Shown piece by piece: positions 1 through 12,689 of a stretch of DNA of 64,000 nt (positions are counted from its first letter, which is position 1; every line of letters starts with the position of its first letter). The stretch spans positions 180,794,001 through 180,858,000 of the forward strand of contig NC_086097.1 in assembly GCF_963921235.1 (NCBI RefSeq), in the 5' to 3' direction. This stretch comes from Mobula hypostoma. Its lineage: Eukaryota. Both the position numbers and the translations under genes were made by a program. A model generated the notes under the pieces. It was not told the origin of the DNA. It did not search any database and was given only the letters and a program-made list of their open reading frames with translations.

Positions 1-721
1 GTTATATACAGTCCCTGAACGGTCAGGATACAGGATATAAACTATAACAGGAGTTGCAAAAGGCATGTGATAAGGCCAACGTTTCAAAAGTTATGAAGGA
101 TTTCAATATGCAGGTAAATTGAGAAGATCAGATTGGTGCTGGATCCCAAGGGAGGGAATTTGTAGGATGCCTACAAGATGAGTTTCAGAGCAGCTTGTGA
201 TTGAGCTCACTAGGGGAAAGGTAATTCTGGATTGTGTAATGAACCAGTTATCATTAGGGAGCTTAAGGTAAAGGAAAATATGATAGATTTCACCCTATAG
301 TTTGAGAGGGAGAAGACAAAGTCAGATGTACAGAGGAGTAAAGGGAATTACAGAGGTATGAGAGTGGAGCTGGCCAGAGTGGAGGCTACCTCAGTAAATA
401 TATTTAAGATAAGGTTGGATAGATTATTAGAGATGATGGTGGAATAGCAATGGCTGGAGTTTCTGGGGACAAATCAGAAGGTACAGGATAGATATAATCC
501 AAAGATGAAGTATTCCAAAGGGAGGTTAAGATAACCATGGCTAACAAGGGAAGTCAAAGATAGCATAAAAGCATAAGAGAAGGTATATAATATAGCAAAA
601 ATTATTGGAAATTTATACAATTGGAAGCTTTTAAAAACCAACAGAAGGCAACTAGAAAAGCCATGATGAAAGAAGATATATGAAGGTAAGCTAGCTAATA
701 ATATAAAAGATATAAAAGAAG

Positions 722-2493
722 ACAAGGCAGTGGATGTTGTCTACATGGACAAGGTCCCACATGGGATGCTGTCAAGAAGGTTCAGTCACTCGGCATTCCG
801 GATGAGGTAGTAAATTGAATTAGACATTGGCTTTGTGGGAGAAGCCAAAGAGTGTTGGTATAGGGTTGCCTCTCTGACTGGAGACCTGTGACTAGTGATG
901 TGCAGTGGGATTGGTACTGGGTCCTTTGTTGTTTGTCACCTATATCAATGATCCGGATGATAATGTGGTTAACTGGATCAGCAAATTTGTGGATAACATC
1001 AAAATTGGAGGTGCAGTGGACAGTGAGGAAGGCTATCATGAATTTACTCCCCCAAATCTTGAGACTATGTTCCCTAATTCTAGTCTCAACTACCAGTGGA
1101 AACAACTTTCCTGCCTCTATTTTATCTATCCCTTTCATAATTTTATATGTTTCTATAAGATCTCTCATTCTTTTGAATCCAGCGAGTACAGTCCCAGGCG
1201 ACTCAATCTCTCCTCACAGTCTGACCCTCTCATCTCTGGAATCAACCTGGTGAATCTCCTTTGCACCGCCTCCAAAGCCAGTATATCCTTCCTCAAGTAA
1301 GGAGACCAGAAATGCACACAGTACTCCAGGTGTGGCCTCACCAGTACCCTATACAGATGCAGCATAACCTTCCTGCTCTTAAATTCAATCCCTCCAGTAA
1401 CGAAGGCCAACATTCCTTTTGTCTTCTTGATATCCTGCTGCACCTGCAAACCAACCTTTTGTGATTCATGCACAAGCACTCCCAAGTTCCCCTGCACAGC
1501 TGCATGCTGCAATTTTTTACCAATCTAAATAATAATCTAATCGTCCATTTTTCCTTCCAAAGTGGAAGACCTCGCAATTACCAACATTATACTCCATCTG
1601 CCGGACCTTGCCCATCTCTCTGCAGACTCTTCATACCTTCTGCACAATTTGCTTTACCACTCAATTTAGTGTCATCAGCAAATTTAGATACACTACACTT
1701 GGTCCCCTCTTCCAGAACACCGCTCACCATTGATTGCCAACCAGAGTAACACCCTGGTGGGTACAGAAGGGTACTGAGGAGTGTGGTAGAACAAAGGGAT
1801 CTGGGAATACAGGTACACAATTCATTGAAAGTGGCATCACATGTAGATAGAGTTGTAAAGAAAGCTTTTGGCACATTGGCCTTCATAAATCAATGTATCA
1901 AGTACAGATAATGGGATGTAATGTTGAAGTTGTTTGAGACATTGGTGTGGCCTAATTTGCAGTATGGTGAGCAGTTTTGGTCACCAATCTCCAGGAAAGA
2001 TGTAAACAAAGTTGAAAGAGTGCAGAGAAAGGATGTTAGTGGGTCTGGAGGACCTGAGTTATAATGAAAAGGTTCAATTGGTTAGGACTCTATTCTTTAG
2101 AATGTAGAAGCTTGAGAGGAGACGTGATAGAAGTATACAAAATTATGAAGGGTACAGGCGAGGAAAATGCAAGCAGGCTTTTGCCACTAAAACTAGGTGG
2201 GACTACAACCAGACGTCATGGCTTAAGGGTAAAAGATGAAAAAATTATGGGAAACATGAGTGGAAACTTTTTTCACTCAGAGGGTTGTGAGAATGTGAAA
2301 TGAGCTGCCAGCACAAGTGGTGCATGTGAGCTCGATTTCAACATTTAAGAGCAGTTTCGATAGGTACATGGATAGTGGGATATGGAGACTATAATCACAG
2401 TGCAGGTTGATAGGTGTAGGCAGTCTAAATGGCTTCGGTATGGACTAGATGGGCCAAAGGGATGGTTTCTGAACTGTACTTCTCTATGACTCT
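722..2493 (+). mobile_element. 5'-truncated CR1 (+), interrupted by an antisense CR1 fragment at ~1045-1745
   Basis: RT motifs LGPLLFVTYIND/WISKFVDN on +; RPHLEYCVHFWSPY and SKFADDTKL on -; 3' tail ctctatgactcta. Confidence 0.8.
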
Positions 2494-2599
2494 AAGATAC
2501 CAAAGGTTTTTACAGACATACAGTATAAAGAGAAAAAGAATATGAGAATGAATATTGAACCGCTGGAAAATGTCACTGGAGAGGTAGTAATGGGGGACA

Positions 2600-2971
2600 T
2601 AGGGAGTTAGTAATGGGGGGCATAGGGATATTGGGAGTTGTCTATTCCAGCATGTGAAGACAGACTCCGGCGGATTGAGCGGACGAGACCAATGGAAGGT
2701 CCAACAGTCAAGAAGGCGGTCTCTGCAAGTGTCGTGGAACGTGTACAGCAGGACAAGACACAGAAGACGTCCTGGTCATCCACTGCGCCTAGTCCCATCT
2801 CCAGCCGTCTCGACTCTGTCTTGCCACTGGATCCAGATGGGAATTGGGAAGAGAGAGTGAGGCTGACGCTGCACATCTCTCCCTCACTTAAATCCAAATC
2901 ACGCGTTAGTCTCGGCACCATCATAATGGTGTCGAGGTCCTCATCGACGTCAACGATGGACGAACAACAAC
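2600..2971 (+). mobile_element. RTE-clade LINE/SINE 3' end insertion
   Basis: TSD aatgggggaca at 2589-2599 and 2972-2982; 3' stem-loop at 2911-2936; (CAA)n tail; CpG-rich. Confidence 0.7.
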
Positions 2972-4069
2972 AATGGGGGACAAAGTAATAGTGGGTCACC
3001 TTAATAAGTATTTTGTGTCAGTCTTCACTGTGGAAGACTCAAGCCAAATATCAGAAATTCGAGCGTCAGAGGGCAGAGTGAGTCTAGATAAGAACCCATG
3101 GTATTACAGGAGAGATACTAGCATGGACAGAAGATTGGCTGATGAGCAGAAAGCAAAGAGTGGGAATAAAGGGGCCCTTTTCTGGATGGCTGCTGATGAC
3201 TAGTGGTGTTCTGCAGGGATCTGTTTTGGGACTGCTTCTTTTCATGTTATATGTCAATGATTTAGATGACAGAACTAATGGCCTTGTGGCTAGGTTGTAG
3301 ATCGTAGATTAAATAAAGATAGGTGGAGGGGCAGTTAGTGTTGAGGAAGCAGGAAATCTGCAGGACGGGCAAAGAAGTACCAGATGGAATATGGCGTAGG
3401 GAAGTATACGGTCATGCACATTAGTAGAAGAAATAAAGGTGAAGACTATTTTCTAATTGGGGAGAAAATTTAAAAAATCAGAAGTGTAAAGGGACTTGAG
3501 AGCCCTTAGATGTATATTACAGGTGGAGTTGGTGGTAAGGAAGGCAAAAAAGCAATGTTAGTATCCATTTTGTGAGGACTAGAATATAAGGGCAAGGATG
3601 TTTTGCTTAGGCTTTATAAAGCATTGGTCAGACCACACTTGGGAGTATCGTAAGCAGTCTTGGGCCCCTGTGCTGATGTGCTGGCATTGGAGAGGGTCCA
3701 GAGGCGGTTCATGAGAATGATTCCAGGGATGAAAGGGTTAATGTATGAGGAGCATTTGATGGCTCTGGGCCTGTACTCACCAGAGTTTAGATGAATGAAG
3801 GGGGAACCTCACTGAAACTTGTTGAATTTTGAAATACCTACATAGAGTGGATTTGGAGAGGATGTTTCGTATGGGAGGGGGGGAAGAGTCTAGAACCAGA
3901 GTGCACAGCCTCAAAATAGAGGGAGGTCCATTTAGAACAGAGATGAGGAGGAGTTTCTTTAGCCAGTAGGAGGTGAATCTGTGGAATTCATTGCCATGGA
4001 TGACTGTGGAGGTTGGATCATTGAGTATATTCAAAGCAGAAGCAGGTAAGCTCTTGATTAGCTAGAGAA

Positions 4070-4400
4070 TCTTCTTCCCACTCTTCATCAGGCAGAAGAT
4101 ACAAAAGTCTGAAAGCACATACCACCAGGCTCAAGGATAGCTTCTACTCTGCTGTTATAACATTTTTGAATGGTCCCCTAGCACAAGATGGACTCTCAAC
4201 TTCACAATTTGCCTCATTATGCCCTTGCATTGTGCTGCACTTTACTTGTAACTGTAACACTTTATTCTTCATTCTGTTATTGTTTTCCCTTGTATTACCT
4301 CAATGCAATGTTGTAATGAAATGATCCATCTGGATGGTGTGCAAAGCAATTTTTTCCACTGTACTTCAGTATATGTAACAACAATAAACCAATTTACCAG
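4070..4400 (+). mobile_element. Rex1/Babar-type LINE 3' end
   Basis: ORF2 C-terminal remnant (LFPLFIRQKIQK-like), 3'UTR shared with 9655-9835, and an AATAAAccaat tail. Confidence 0.6.
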
Positions 4401-4410
4401 TTTAACTGAC

Positions 4411-4975
4411 CTTATGTTTGTCAATGCAGCTGATACCAATGAAGTCTATGATGCAGCGACCAAGCCACTCATCTGGTCGTGCACTCAGGATATCATTGCG
4501 ACAGCTGTCCAGGTACTGCTGAAGCTTGATAAGGACACTCCGTGATAACACATAACCATAGCCACCATGGCAATAGCGTGAGTCAGGGTCACCGCCAATG
4601 AATTCTTCTGTCCGTCCCAAATACAGGTCATTGTTGATACTCAGGTGAGAAATGAGAGACTTGATGCGTTCTGCCTCAGTGTATGTGTTATCCTGAGTCA
4701 AGTAGAACCAGTCGTACTCATTGCCATAATGTTCATAGATGTACTGGATGGTTCGGTACATTAGCCACACAGGTTGGTCATCTCCATGGGATACTATCTG
4801 CATACCATGTGGAACCTTGGTATTGCGAAACCCAGTGAAATATACCAGCTTGTTGAAGTGATGGGCCACTGTCCGATTAACAGACACAGCCAATGTGTTC
4901 AGAGTACCTTTGGATGTCAGTACACCAACAAACAGTCGATCACGGATTCCCAACTCTGTGTGGATGTAACGTGTT
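4411..4975 (-). CDS. CHPF2: Chondroitin polymerizing factor 2, second coding exon
   Basis: Acceptor tttcttctactag|A at 4976/4975 completes the AGA codon from the previous exon, giving R-TRYIHTELGIRDRLFVGVLTS...AVSVNRTVAHHF...YDWFYLTQDNTY...ARPDEWLGRC...DKHK. Donor AAG|GTCAGT at 4411/4410. Later exons were not found in 1-4400, so they presumably lie left of the window. Confidence 0.95.
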
Positions 4976-5199
4976 CTAGTAGAAGAAACATGTAATTAAC
5001 TTCAAGCTATAATGGCTGTTTGTACCAGCTTTCCCTCCCCTCCTCCTCATCTGAAAGTACCAACACTCTTTAGAGGTATGTGTTTGTTTTCTCAGGTGAA
5101 TGGAAAAGCTCCAAGAGCATTACTAAAGAGTGGGCTGATCTTGTCAATATTTAACCCTCAATATAAACAGGTTATATTTAACCCTCAACATATACACCG

Positions 5200-6305
5200 T
5201 AGGCTTATTCAGAAAATCAGAAGGCATGGGATCCAGTTTAGTTTGGCCAGGTGGATTTAGAATTGGCTTGCCTGCAGAAGGCAGAGGGTCGTGGTGGAGG
5301 GAGTACATTCGGATTGGAGGGTTGTCCCACAAGGATCTGTTCTGGGACCTCTAATTTTCGTGATTTTTATTAACGACCTGGATGTGGGGGTAGAAGGGTG
5401 GGTTGGCAAGTTTGCAGATGGCACAAAGATTGGTGGTATTGTAGGTAGTGTCAAGGATTGTCGAAGATTGCAGAGAGACATTGATAGGATGCAGAAGTGG
5501 GCTGAGAAGTGGCAGATGGAGTTCAACCCGGAGAAGTGTGAGGTGGTACACTTTGGAAGGACAAACTCCAAGGCAGAGTACAAGGTAAATGGCAGGATAC
5601 TTGGTAGTGTGAAGGAGCAGAGAGGTCTGGGGGTACATGTCCACAGGTCCCTGAAAGTTGCCTCACAAGTAGATAGGGTAGTTAAGAAAGCTTATGGGGT
5701 GTTAGCTTTCATAAGTCGAGGGATAGAGTTTAAGAGTCGCGATGTAATGCTGCAGCTCTATAAAACTCTGGTTAGGCCACACTTGGAGTACTGTGTCCAG
5801 TTCTGGTCTCCTCACTATAGGAAGGATGTGGAAGCATTGGAAAGCGTACAGAGGAGATTTACCAGGATGCTGCCTGGTTTAGACAGCATGGATTATGATC
5901 AGAGATTAAGGGAGCTAAGGCTTTACTCTTTGGAGAGAAGGAGGATGAGAGGAGACATGATAGGGGCATACAAGATATTAAGAGGAATAGATAGAGTGGA
6001 TAGCCAGTGCCTCTTCCCCAGGGCAAAACTGCTCAATACAAGAGGACATGGCTTTAAGGTAAGGGGTGGGAAGTTCAAGGGGGATATTAGAGGAAGGTTT
6101 TTTACTCAGAGAGTGGTTAGTGCGTGGAATGCACTGCCTGAGTCAGTGGTGGAGGCAGATACACTAGCGAAATTTAAGAGACTACTAGACAGGTATATGG
6201 AGGAATTTAAGGTGGGGGGGTTATATGGAAGACAGTGTTTGAGGGTCGGCACAACATTGTGGGCAGAAGGGCCTGTACTGTGCTGTACTATTCTATGTTC
6301 TATGT
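5200..6305 (+). mobile_element. Young 5'-truncated CR1 (RT C-terminal half open)
   Basis: ORF 5291-6355 with PQGSVLGP, KFADGTK and RPHLEYCVQFWSPHY; (ttctatg)n tail. Confidence 0.92.
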
Positions 6306-6504
6306 TATCTGGTCATTTATTTACTATTACTGAGGGTTTACATTGTGTAAACTGAAGGCATTACATTTCAGAAGTATCTTAAAAAGAAACTGAATCTAAT
6401 AACACTTTGGCTGTTTAAAAAAAGAGCACTTCCCTGGCTTTATTAACAAAAGCAGAAGGGTAAAAATTCTGAATCTTTATAAAACATTGGTTGAGTTTCA
6501 ATTG

Positions 6505-8540
6505 TATAGAAACATAGAAAATAGGTGCAGGAGTAGGCCATTCGACCCTTCGAGCCTGAACCGCCATTCAGTATGATCATGGCTGATCATCCAACTCAGA
6601 ACCCTGTACCTGCCTTCTTGCCACACCTCCTGATCCCTTTAGCCACAAGGGCCATATCTAACTCCCTCTTAAATATAGCCAATGAACTGGCCTCAACTGT
6701 TTCCTGTGGCAGAGAATTCCACAGATTCACCACTCTCTGTGTGAAGAAGTTTTTCCTCATCTCGGTCCTAAAAGGCTTCCCCTTTATCCTCAAACTGTGA
6801 CCCCTCGTTCTGGACTTCCCCAACATCGGGAACAATCTTCCTGCATCTTGCCTGTCCAATCCCTTTAGAATTTTATACGTTTCAATAAGATCACCCCTCA
6901 ATCTTCTAAATTCTAGCGAGTATAAGCCTAGTCGATCCAGTCTTTTTTCATATGAAAGTCCTGCCATCCCAGGAATCAATCTGGTGAACCTTCTTTGTAC
7001 TCCCTCTAGGCAAGAATGGCTTTCCTCAGATTAGGGGACCAAAACTGCACACAATCCTCCAGGTGTGATCTCACCAAGGCCTTGTACAACTGCAGTAGTA
7101 CCTCCCTGCTCCTGTACTCGAATCCTCTTGCTATGAATGCCAGTATACCATTCGCCTTTTTCACTGCCTGCTGTACCTGCATGCCCACTTTCAATGACTG
7201 GTGTACAATGACACCCAGGTCTCCTTGCAGCTCCCCTTTTCCTAATCGGCCACCATTCAGATAATAATCTGTTTTCCTGTTTTTGCCACCAAAGTGGATA
7301 ACTTCACATTTATCCACATTAAATTGCATCTGCCATGAATTTGCCCACTCACCCAATCTATCCAAGTCACCCTGCATCCTCTTAGCATCCTCCTCACTGC
7401 TAACACTGCCGCCCAGCTTCGTCTCATCCGCAAACTTGGAGATGCTGCATTTAATTCCCTCGTCTAAGTCATTAATATATATTGTAAACAACTGGGGTCC
7501 CAGTACTGAGCCTTGCGGTACCCCACTAGTCACTGCCTGCCATTCTGAAAAGGTCCCGTTTATTCCCACTCTTTGCTTCCTGTCTGCCAACCAATTCTCT
7601 ATCCACATCAATACCATACCCCCAATACCGTGTGCTTTAAGTTTGTACACTAATCTCCTGTGTGGGACCTTGTCAAAAGCCTTTTGAAAATCCAAATATA
7701 CCACATCCACTGGTTCTCCCCTATCCACTCTACTAGTTACATCCTCAAAAAATTCTATGAGATTCGTCAGACATGATTTTCCTTTCACAAATCCATGCTG
7801 ACTTTGTCCGATGATTTCACTGCTTTCCAAATGTGCTGTCACCACATCTTTGATAACTGACTCTAGCATTTTCTCCACCACCGATGTTAGGCTAACCGGT
7901 CTATAATTCCCCAGTTTCTCACTCCCTCCTTTTTTAAAAAGCGGGGTTACAGTAGCCACCCTCCAATCCTCAGGAAATAATCCAGAATCTAAAGAGTTTC
8001 GAAAAATTATCACTAATGCATCCACTATTTCTTGGGCTACTTCCTTAAGCACTCTGGGATGCAGACCATCTGGCCCTGGGGATTTATCTGCCTTCAATCC
8101 CTTCAATTTACCTAACACCACTTCCCTACCCTCAGTTCCTCCATCTCACTAGACCCTCAGTCCCCTACTATTTCTGTAAGATTATTTATGTCCCCCTTAG
8201 TGAAGACAGAACCAAAGTAGTTATTCAGCTGGTCTGCCATGTCCTTGTTCCCCTTGTTCCCTGAAAACCAATTTTCCCCAGGATCAATAAAGTATGACTA
8301 TGACTATGATTGATTCACCTGTTTCTGACTGTAAGGGACCTACATTTGTCTTAACCAATCTTTTTCTTCTCACATAATCTATAAAAGCTTTTACAGTCAG
8401 TTTTTATGTTCCCTGCCAGCTTTCTCTCATAATCTTTTTTCCCTTTCCTAATTAAGCCCTTTGTCCTCCTCTGCTGGACTCTGAATTTTTTCTAGCTAAT
8501 TTGTACGTTTCTTCTTTGGAATTGATACTATTCTAAATTC
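6505..8540 (-). mobile_element. Young CR1 of a second subfamily
   Basis: ORFs 7006-8121 and 6596-6979 with KSPGPDG, NYRPVSLTS, YLDFQKAFDKV and KFADETK; catagaaa tail at ~6505. Confidence 0.92.
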
Positions 8541-9039
8541 AGTATACTAGATTCAGTTCTAGGCTCTGAGAAAAATAGCAAGTGGATGCACTGGAGATTT
8601 AGACAAGGTTGGTCCCAGGGGCGAGTTCTCCATACAGCAGAGAAGGCTTCGGTGCAATTTGAGGGAAATTACAAAAGTGGTGGATAGTGCAAAGAAGAAT
8701 CTGTTTCCAGCAACAATGATATACAGATTTAACAAATTAAAGTACCACACAAAGGAATGAGAAGAATCTTATTTTACAATGAGTGGCTATGATTTGTAAG
8801 GCAATGGTTAAAAAAATATCAAAATATCAACGGGAGCAGATCCAATAAGAATATTCAAAATGGAATTGGATAAGAACAAAGTAAAAAAAATCTATGGACA
8901 GCTGGAGAAAGAGCAGGAGTTTAAGATATAAAATGACAGAACGGAACCTGTAGCTGTAGTTAATTTGAGAGAAGACGGACAAAGCAACAGCAGATGGAGT
9001 GTAATGCCCATTAGTATGAGGTGATGCATTATACAGACG

Positions 9040-9835
9040 TATAGACAGAGTGTATGGAGGAGAGGCTTGTTTCAGTGATGAGCTGAGCTGTATCCACAAC
9101 TCCGCTGTTTCTTGTGTCACAGGCAGAGGAGTTGCCATACCAAGCTGGAATGCATCCAAATAAGACACTTTTTATGGTACATCAATAAAACTGTTAAGGG
9201 TTGACAGGAACATGTCAAATTCCTTTAGCCTCCTGAGGTGTAGAGGCATTGGTGAGATTTCTTAGCTGTGGTGTCTACATGGCTGGACCAGGGTGGGCTA
9301 TTGGCAATGTTTACACCTAGGAACTCAAAGCTCTCAACATCAGCACCATTGATGAAGGCAAGAGCATGTAGACTGCCCCCTTCCTGCTCTTTCATTTTGC
9401 TGACATTGAGGGAAAGGTCATTGTCATAACACCATGTCACTAAGCCCCCTATCTCTTTCCTGTACTTTGACTCATCATTACCTGAGACATGGTCCACTAT
9501 TGTGGTGGTATCAGCAAAATTGTAAATGGAGTTATAACAGTGTCTAGTAACACCATGATAAGTGTACATGGAGTAGAATAGGGGGCTGAGGGCGCAAATT
9601 TGTGCAGCACCAGTACTTAAAATAACCATGGCAGAGGTGTTGCTGACTATGAACCTTTGACATTGCACCTTATTGTTTACCTGCAATGCATTTTACCTGT
9701 AACTGTAACACTTTATTCTGAATTCTGTTATTGTTTTACCTTGTACAGTTCTAATAAAATAATCTGTAGGAATGGAATGCAAGGCAATCTTTTCACTGTA
9801 CTTCAGTACATGACAATAATAAACCAACTTGTGAA
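9040..9835. mobile_element. Rex1/Babar LINE fragments (RT on - at 9040-9650; 3' tail on + at 9655-9835)
   Basis: STGAAQICALSPLFYSMYT and NFADTTTIV motifs; tail homologous to 4230-4400. Confidence 0.7.
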
Positions 9836-10030
9836 ATTTTAGATACTAACAAGGAAAATAGACCTTTGGACCTTTGAAAATGGACATAATAATATAAGCT
9901 AATCTCTCAACAAGACAGAAGAAAAATACTAAGGAAACCTCACTTTTTGTGGAGGAAGGAAATCACCAAAATATGCATACTTAAAAACAAAATTATCATA
10001 GGTATCTTTTTTCTTGTGTAAAGTTCTTAC

Positions 10031-10302
10031 CTCAGCACTTTCTTGTGTGGCTTGTTGGGATCCTTGTAATAAGGGACTATCCTTGGCTCATATTCCTTGT
10101 TGCCAGTGAACTCCCCTGTTTCAGCTCCAGGATGTCCATTGTTATGGAGTAGCCCTATGCTGTCTCCTGTATCCATGCATGATTCATCCCCATTTCCCTG
10201 AGTCCAGGAGGCTCGCAGCAAACTCAGGCTGCAGCCCAACGAGAGCCCCAGGATCAGGGGAAGAGCAGGCCGGAAAAGGGGTAAAAGGGATGTCAAACGC
10301 AT
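10031..10302 (-). CDS. CHPF2: Chondroitin polymerizing factor 2, first coding exon
   Basis: Translates as MRLTSLLPLFRPALPLILGLSLGCSLSLLRASW...EPRIVPYYKDPNKPHKKVLR, matching the recalled vertebrate CHPF2 N-terminus (type II membrane anchor). Ends AG|GTAAG at 10031/10030; 272 nt, phase 2. Confidence 0.95.
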
Positions 10303-11599
10303 TGTACAGAGTAAAGCAAGATGTTAGAAGCAGACTGAGAGAGAAGCACAGTAAGAAAGGGTCTGATAGCAACAACCTTGCTACTTGTATGTATAGTATT
10401 AAATATCTATTTTTTTAACCTCATACGTAAAACACCAACTGGCACACAGTGATTGGCTTAAACTACATCACAGCACTCTAAGTCTGACTTCCAACAACCA
10501 CATCCCAGTAAAAACATAAACTAAATATTAATTTTAATTTTTGCACAAAACCATCTTCGGATATCACAGCAATACTCAGACAGAAGGTCAGCTTCAAAAA
10601 GAAATTTAAGTGATGCTAACTCAGTTAAACAACAGGTCAAATTTTAAAACGGTCTGATATAGATCAATATATATGCTAACACTGATCCCAATGCCACTGG
10701 CATATCAAATAAATAACTTTGTATTTAATGGCAGCAAAAGACTAACCTTGGAAATTTCTTCAAAACAATAGTGATTACTGCAAAAGATAAATTCAACAGA
10801 ACAAAAACAATATGATTCTGCACTCAGTTAAAATTCTACAGCTATCGTTTTCTTTGCACTTTCCCCTATGTGCATTGTGCACTGGATGTTTTGATATCAG
10901 ATAAGCCAACATTTGCCCCCTGCAAGCTTCCCCATTGCTCTTGAATTGACAGTGTGGATAGCTATCTTTACAGAGATGAACGTGTTCAACACATAGTAAA
11001 AGTCGGCTGGATTGATGAGAGAATGGTTCTGCTCAGGTACTTGTTCTCTTTGCAACTCCAACGGATATATTGAACAGTAGGTAACTGTTAAAGGGCAGGC
11101 AAATCAGACAGGCAGGTTCTGTTTATTCTCAATCCTTCCCTGTGCTCAATCAATATAAAAGCGGAATGGCAAACTCTACTTAGGTCAAATAGTTGCATAA
11201 AATCCCTTGCTTTCAGGTGTAGTAGTACACACTAAGAAACAAAGCCGTAAACCTATAAGCGCAGGTTAAGATGCACCATTGAGAATCTTATGACAAAAGA
11301 TCTGCCAGACTATGAAGACTTTATCAGAGGGATGTGATTCGATAGCATGTTTCACACGATTAGTCTCCAATATATAAGGCTCAAAGTAAATTTTGTGGCA
11401 GTAATCTCATTGTCATAGAAAAGTCGCAGATCAAACTGGAAGGTTTGTTCCACCTCAGAGCTCCATGTTTATCGAAACAGCAACTTGAGAGTGTAGCAGG
11501 TCTGGCGGTCTCTTCCTGTTGGCTGTCTCTTAGATCAGACCCAACAGATGAGCTGTTCTGGATAGGCCTGGGCTGTCAAACTGGAGAAGAGCTTGACCT

Positions 11600-11960
11600 C
11601 TGGGTTGTCAGGCCGCGATGACGGGTCTCCACTGGCTGTCGGGCCGCAGGGGCCAAATTTACTGTACTGTCAGGTCACGGGAACCAGGTCTCCTGCGCTG
11701 TGGACTGGAATCAAGCGTGGTCCTCCTGTGTTTCACACCCCAGCCCCTTGCTTACTAGCTGATCGCTTGAGGATCCACACCACTCCCTGCAGCCGGCCTG
11801 CAATCGCTATTCACAGGACCCAGCCCGTCAACCCGAGCTGCGCGCATGCGCGTCCGTTCCTCGGGGCGGTTCGGAAGCGTGCGGTGTGCACGAACGGCAC
11901 CGGTCACGCCTCGCGCGCGGCGAGTGGGGGCGAGTGGGGGCGGGCGGGGGTGAGGTTCAA
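11600..11960 (-). promoter_or_regulatory. CpG-island promoter, probably of CHPF2
   Basis: The only strongly CpG-rich non-repeat stretch near the gene. NRF1-like palindrome GCGCATGCGC (~11842-11851), ETS-like CGGAAG (~11872) and GGGGCGGG/GGGCGG GC boxes (~11863-11950), 1.3-1.6 kb upstream of the ATG. Confidence 0.75.
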
Positions 11961-12099
11961 CGGCCTGGTTGGAGGATCCGCTTTCTCAGGGCAGCACCTC
12001 CTCTACAGACGAGACTTGTCGTTCTTTTCGGAACTCAACACTGAATTCAACCATTTTAGGTAACCAGTTTTTCTTTCCACCATCTGGTATAATTTATGT

Positions 12100-12585
12100 T
12101 TTGTTGTCCTCACGACAGTATATTTCCCAATCAAAAACACTACTTCCATCCAGCGAGTCCAAAGACAGGCAGCTCGATTTGTCACGAGAGAGAGAAGCGA
12201 GTGTTACTCAACTTTTAAATTCATTAAAGTGGAACTCTCTTCAACATAGACGTGAAGCACACCGCCTGACCTGTTTTTACAAAATGTTAAATGGTCAGCT
12301 CGACATAGACTACCAATCCCATATCAAACTATTAGGAGCAGACGAGGGCCCTCAACTCAATTTGAAGTACTACCTACCAAGTCAGATGTGTACAGCAATT
12401 CATTCCCCCTCCCCCCCGCCAGCACAATTAAAGCATGGAATAATCTTAATCCTAACACAGTTACACAACCAAACCCAATTAAATTTAAGGCAGTTTTTCT
12501 TCTTCAAAAATCTCCTTCTTAAACCCTCCCTCCGCCACCTCCAGTTTAAATTCCATGCGGAATATTTTGGAGGATCAAGAACCAA
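12100..12585 (+). mobile_element. 3' fragment of a divergent CR1/L2-group LINE
   Basis: Frameshifted IQRVQRQAARFVT...SVTQLLNSLKWNSLQHRREAHRLTCFYKMLNG, an RT C-terminal signature unlike the other LINEs in this window. Confidence 0.65.
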
Positions 12586-12689
12586 TCGTTCCGATGGAAC
12601 CTGTAAAGATTATAGATCGTTCTTTATTTCACCCTGTCAGCATCTGCAGCGTTCTCGTATTGTGATATTTCTCCTCTGTTCTCATCTCA

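Larger units (their letters stand above)
1..4065 (+). mobile_element. Old decayed CR1 ORF2, split into ~1-720, ~2494-2599 and ~2972-4065
   Basis: Endonuclease-to-RT remnants. The pieces join into one continuous sequence similar to the CR1 at 55185-56630 (gaaggtaagctagc...ataaaaga...gataccaaa...gaggtagtaatg). Confidence 0.75.

Noticed and set aside
5291..8121. Long open RT ORFs (354 and 371 aa) as domesticated genes
   Set aside because: Truncated CR1 copies with intact 3' tails and close relatives elsewhere in the window; openness reflects youth.
11593..12063. 156-aa ORF
   Set aside because: Stop-poor because of CpG-island GC content; no recognisable protein.
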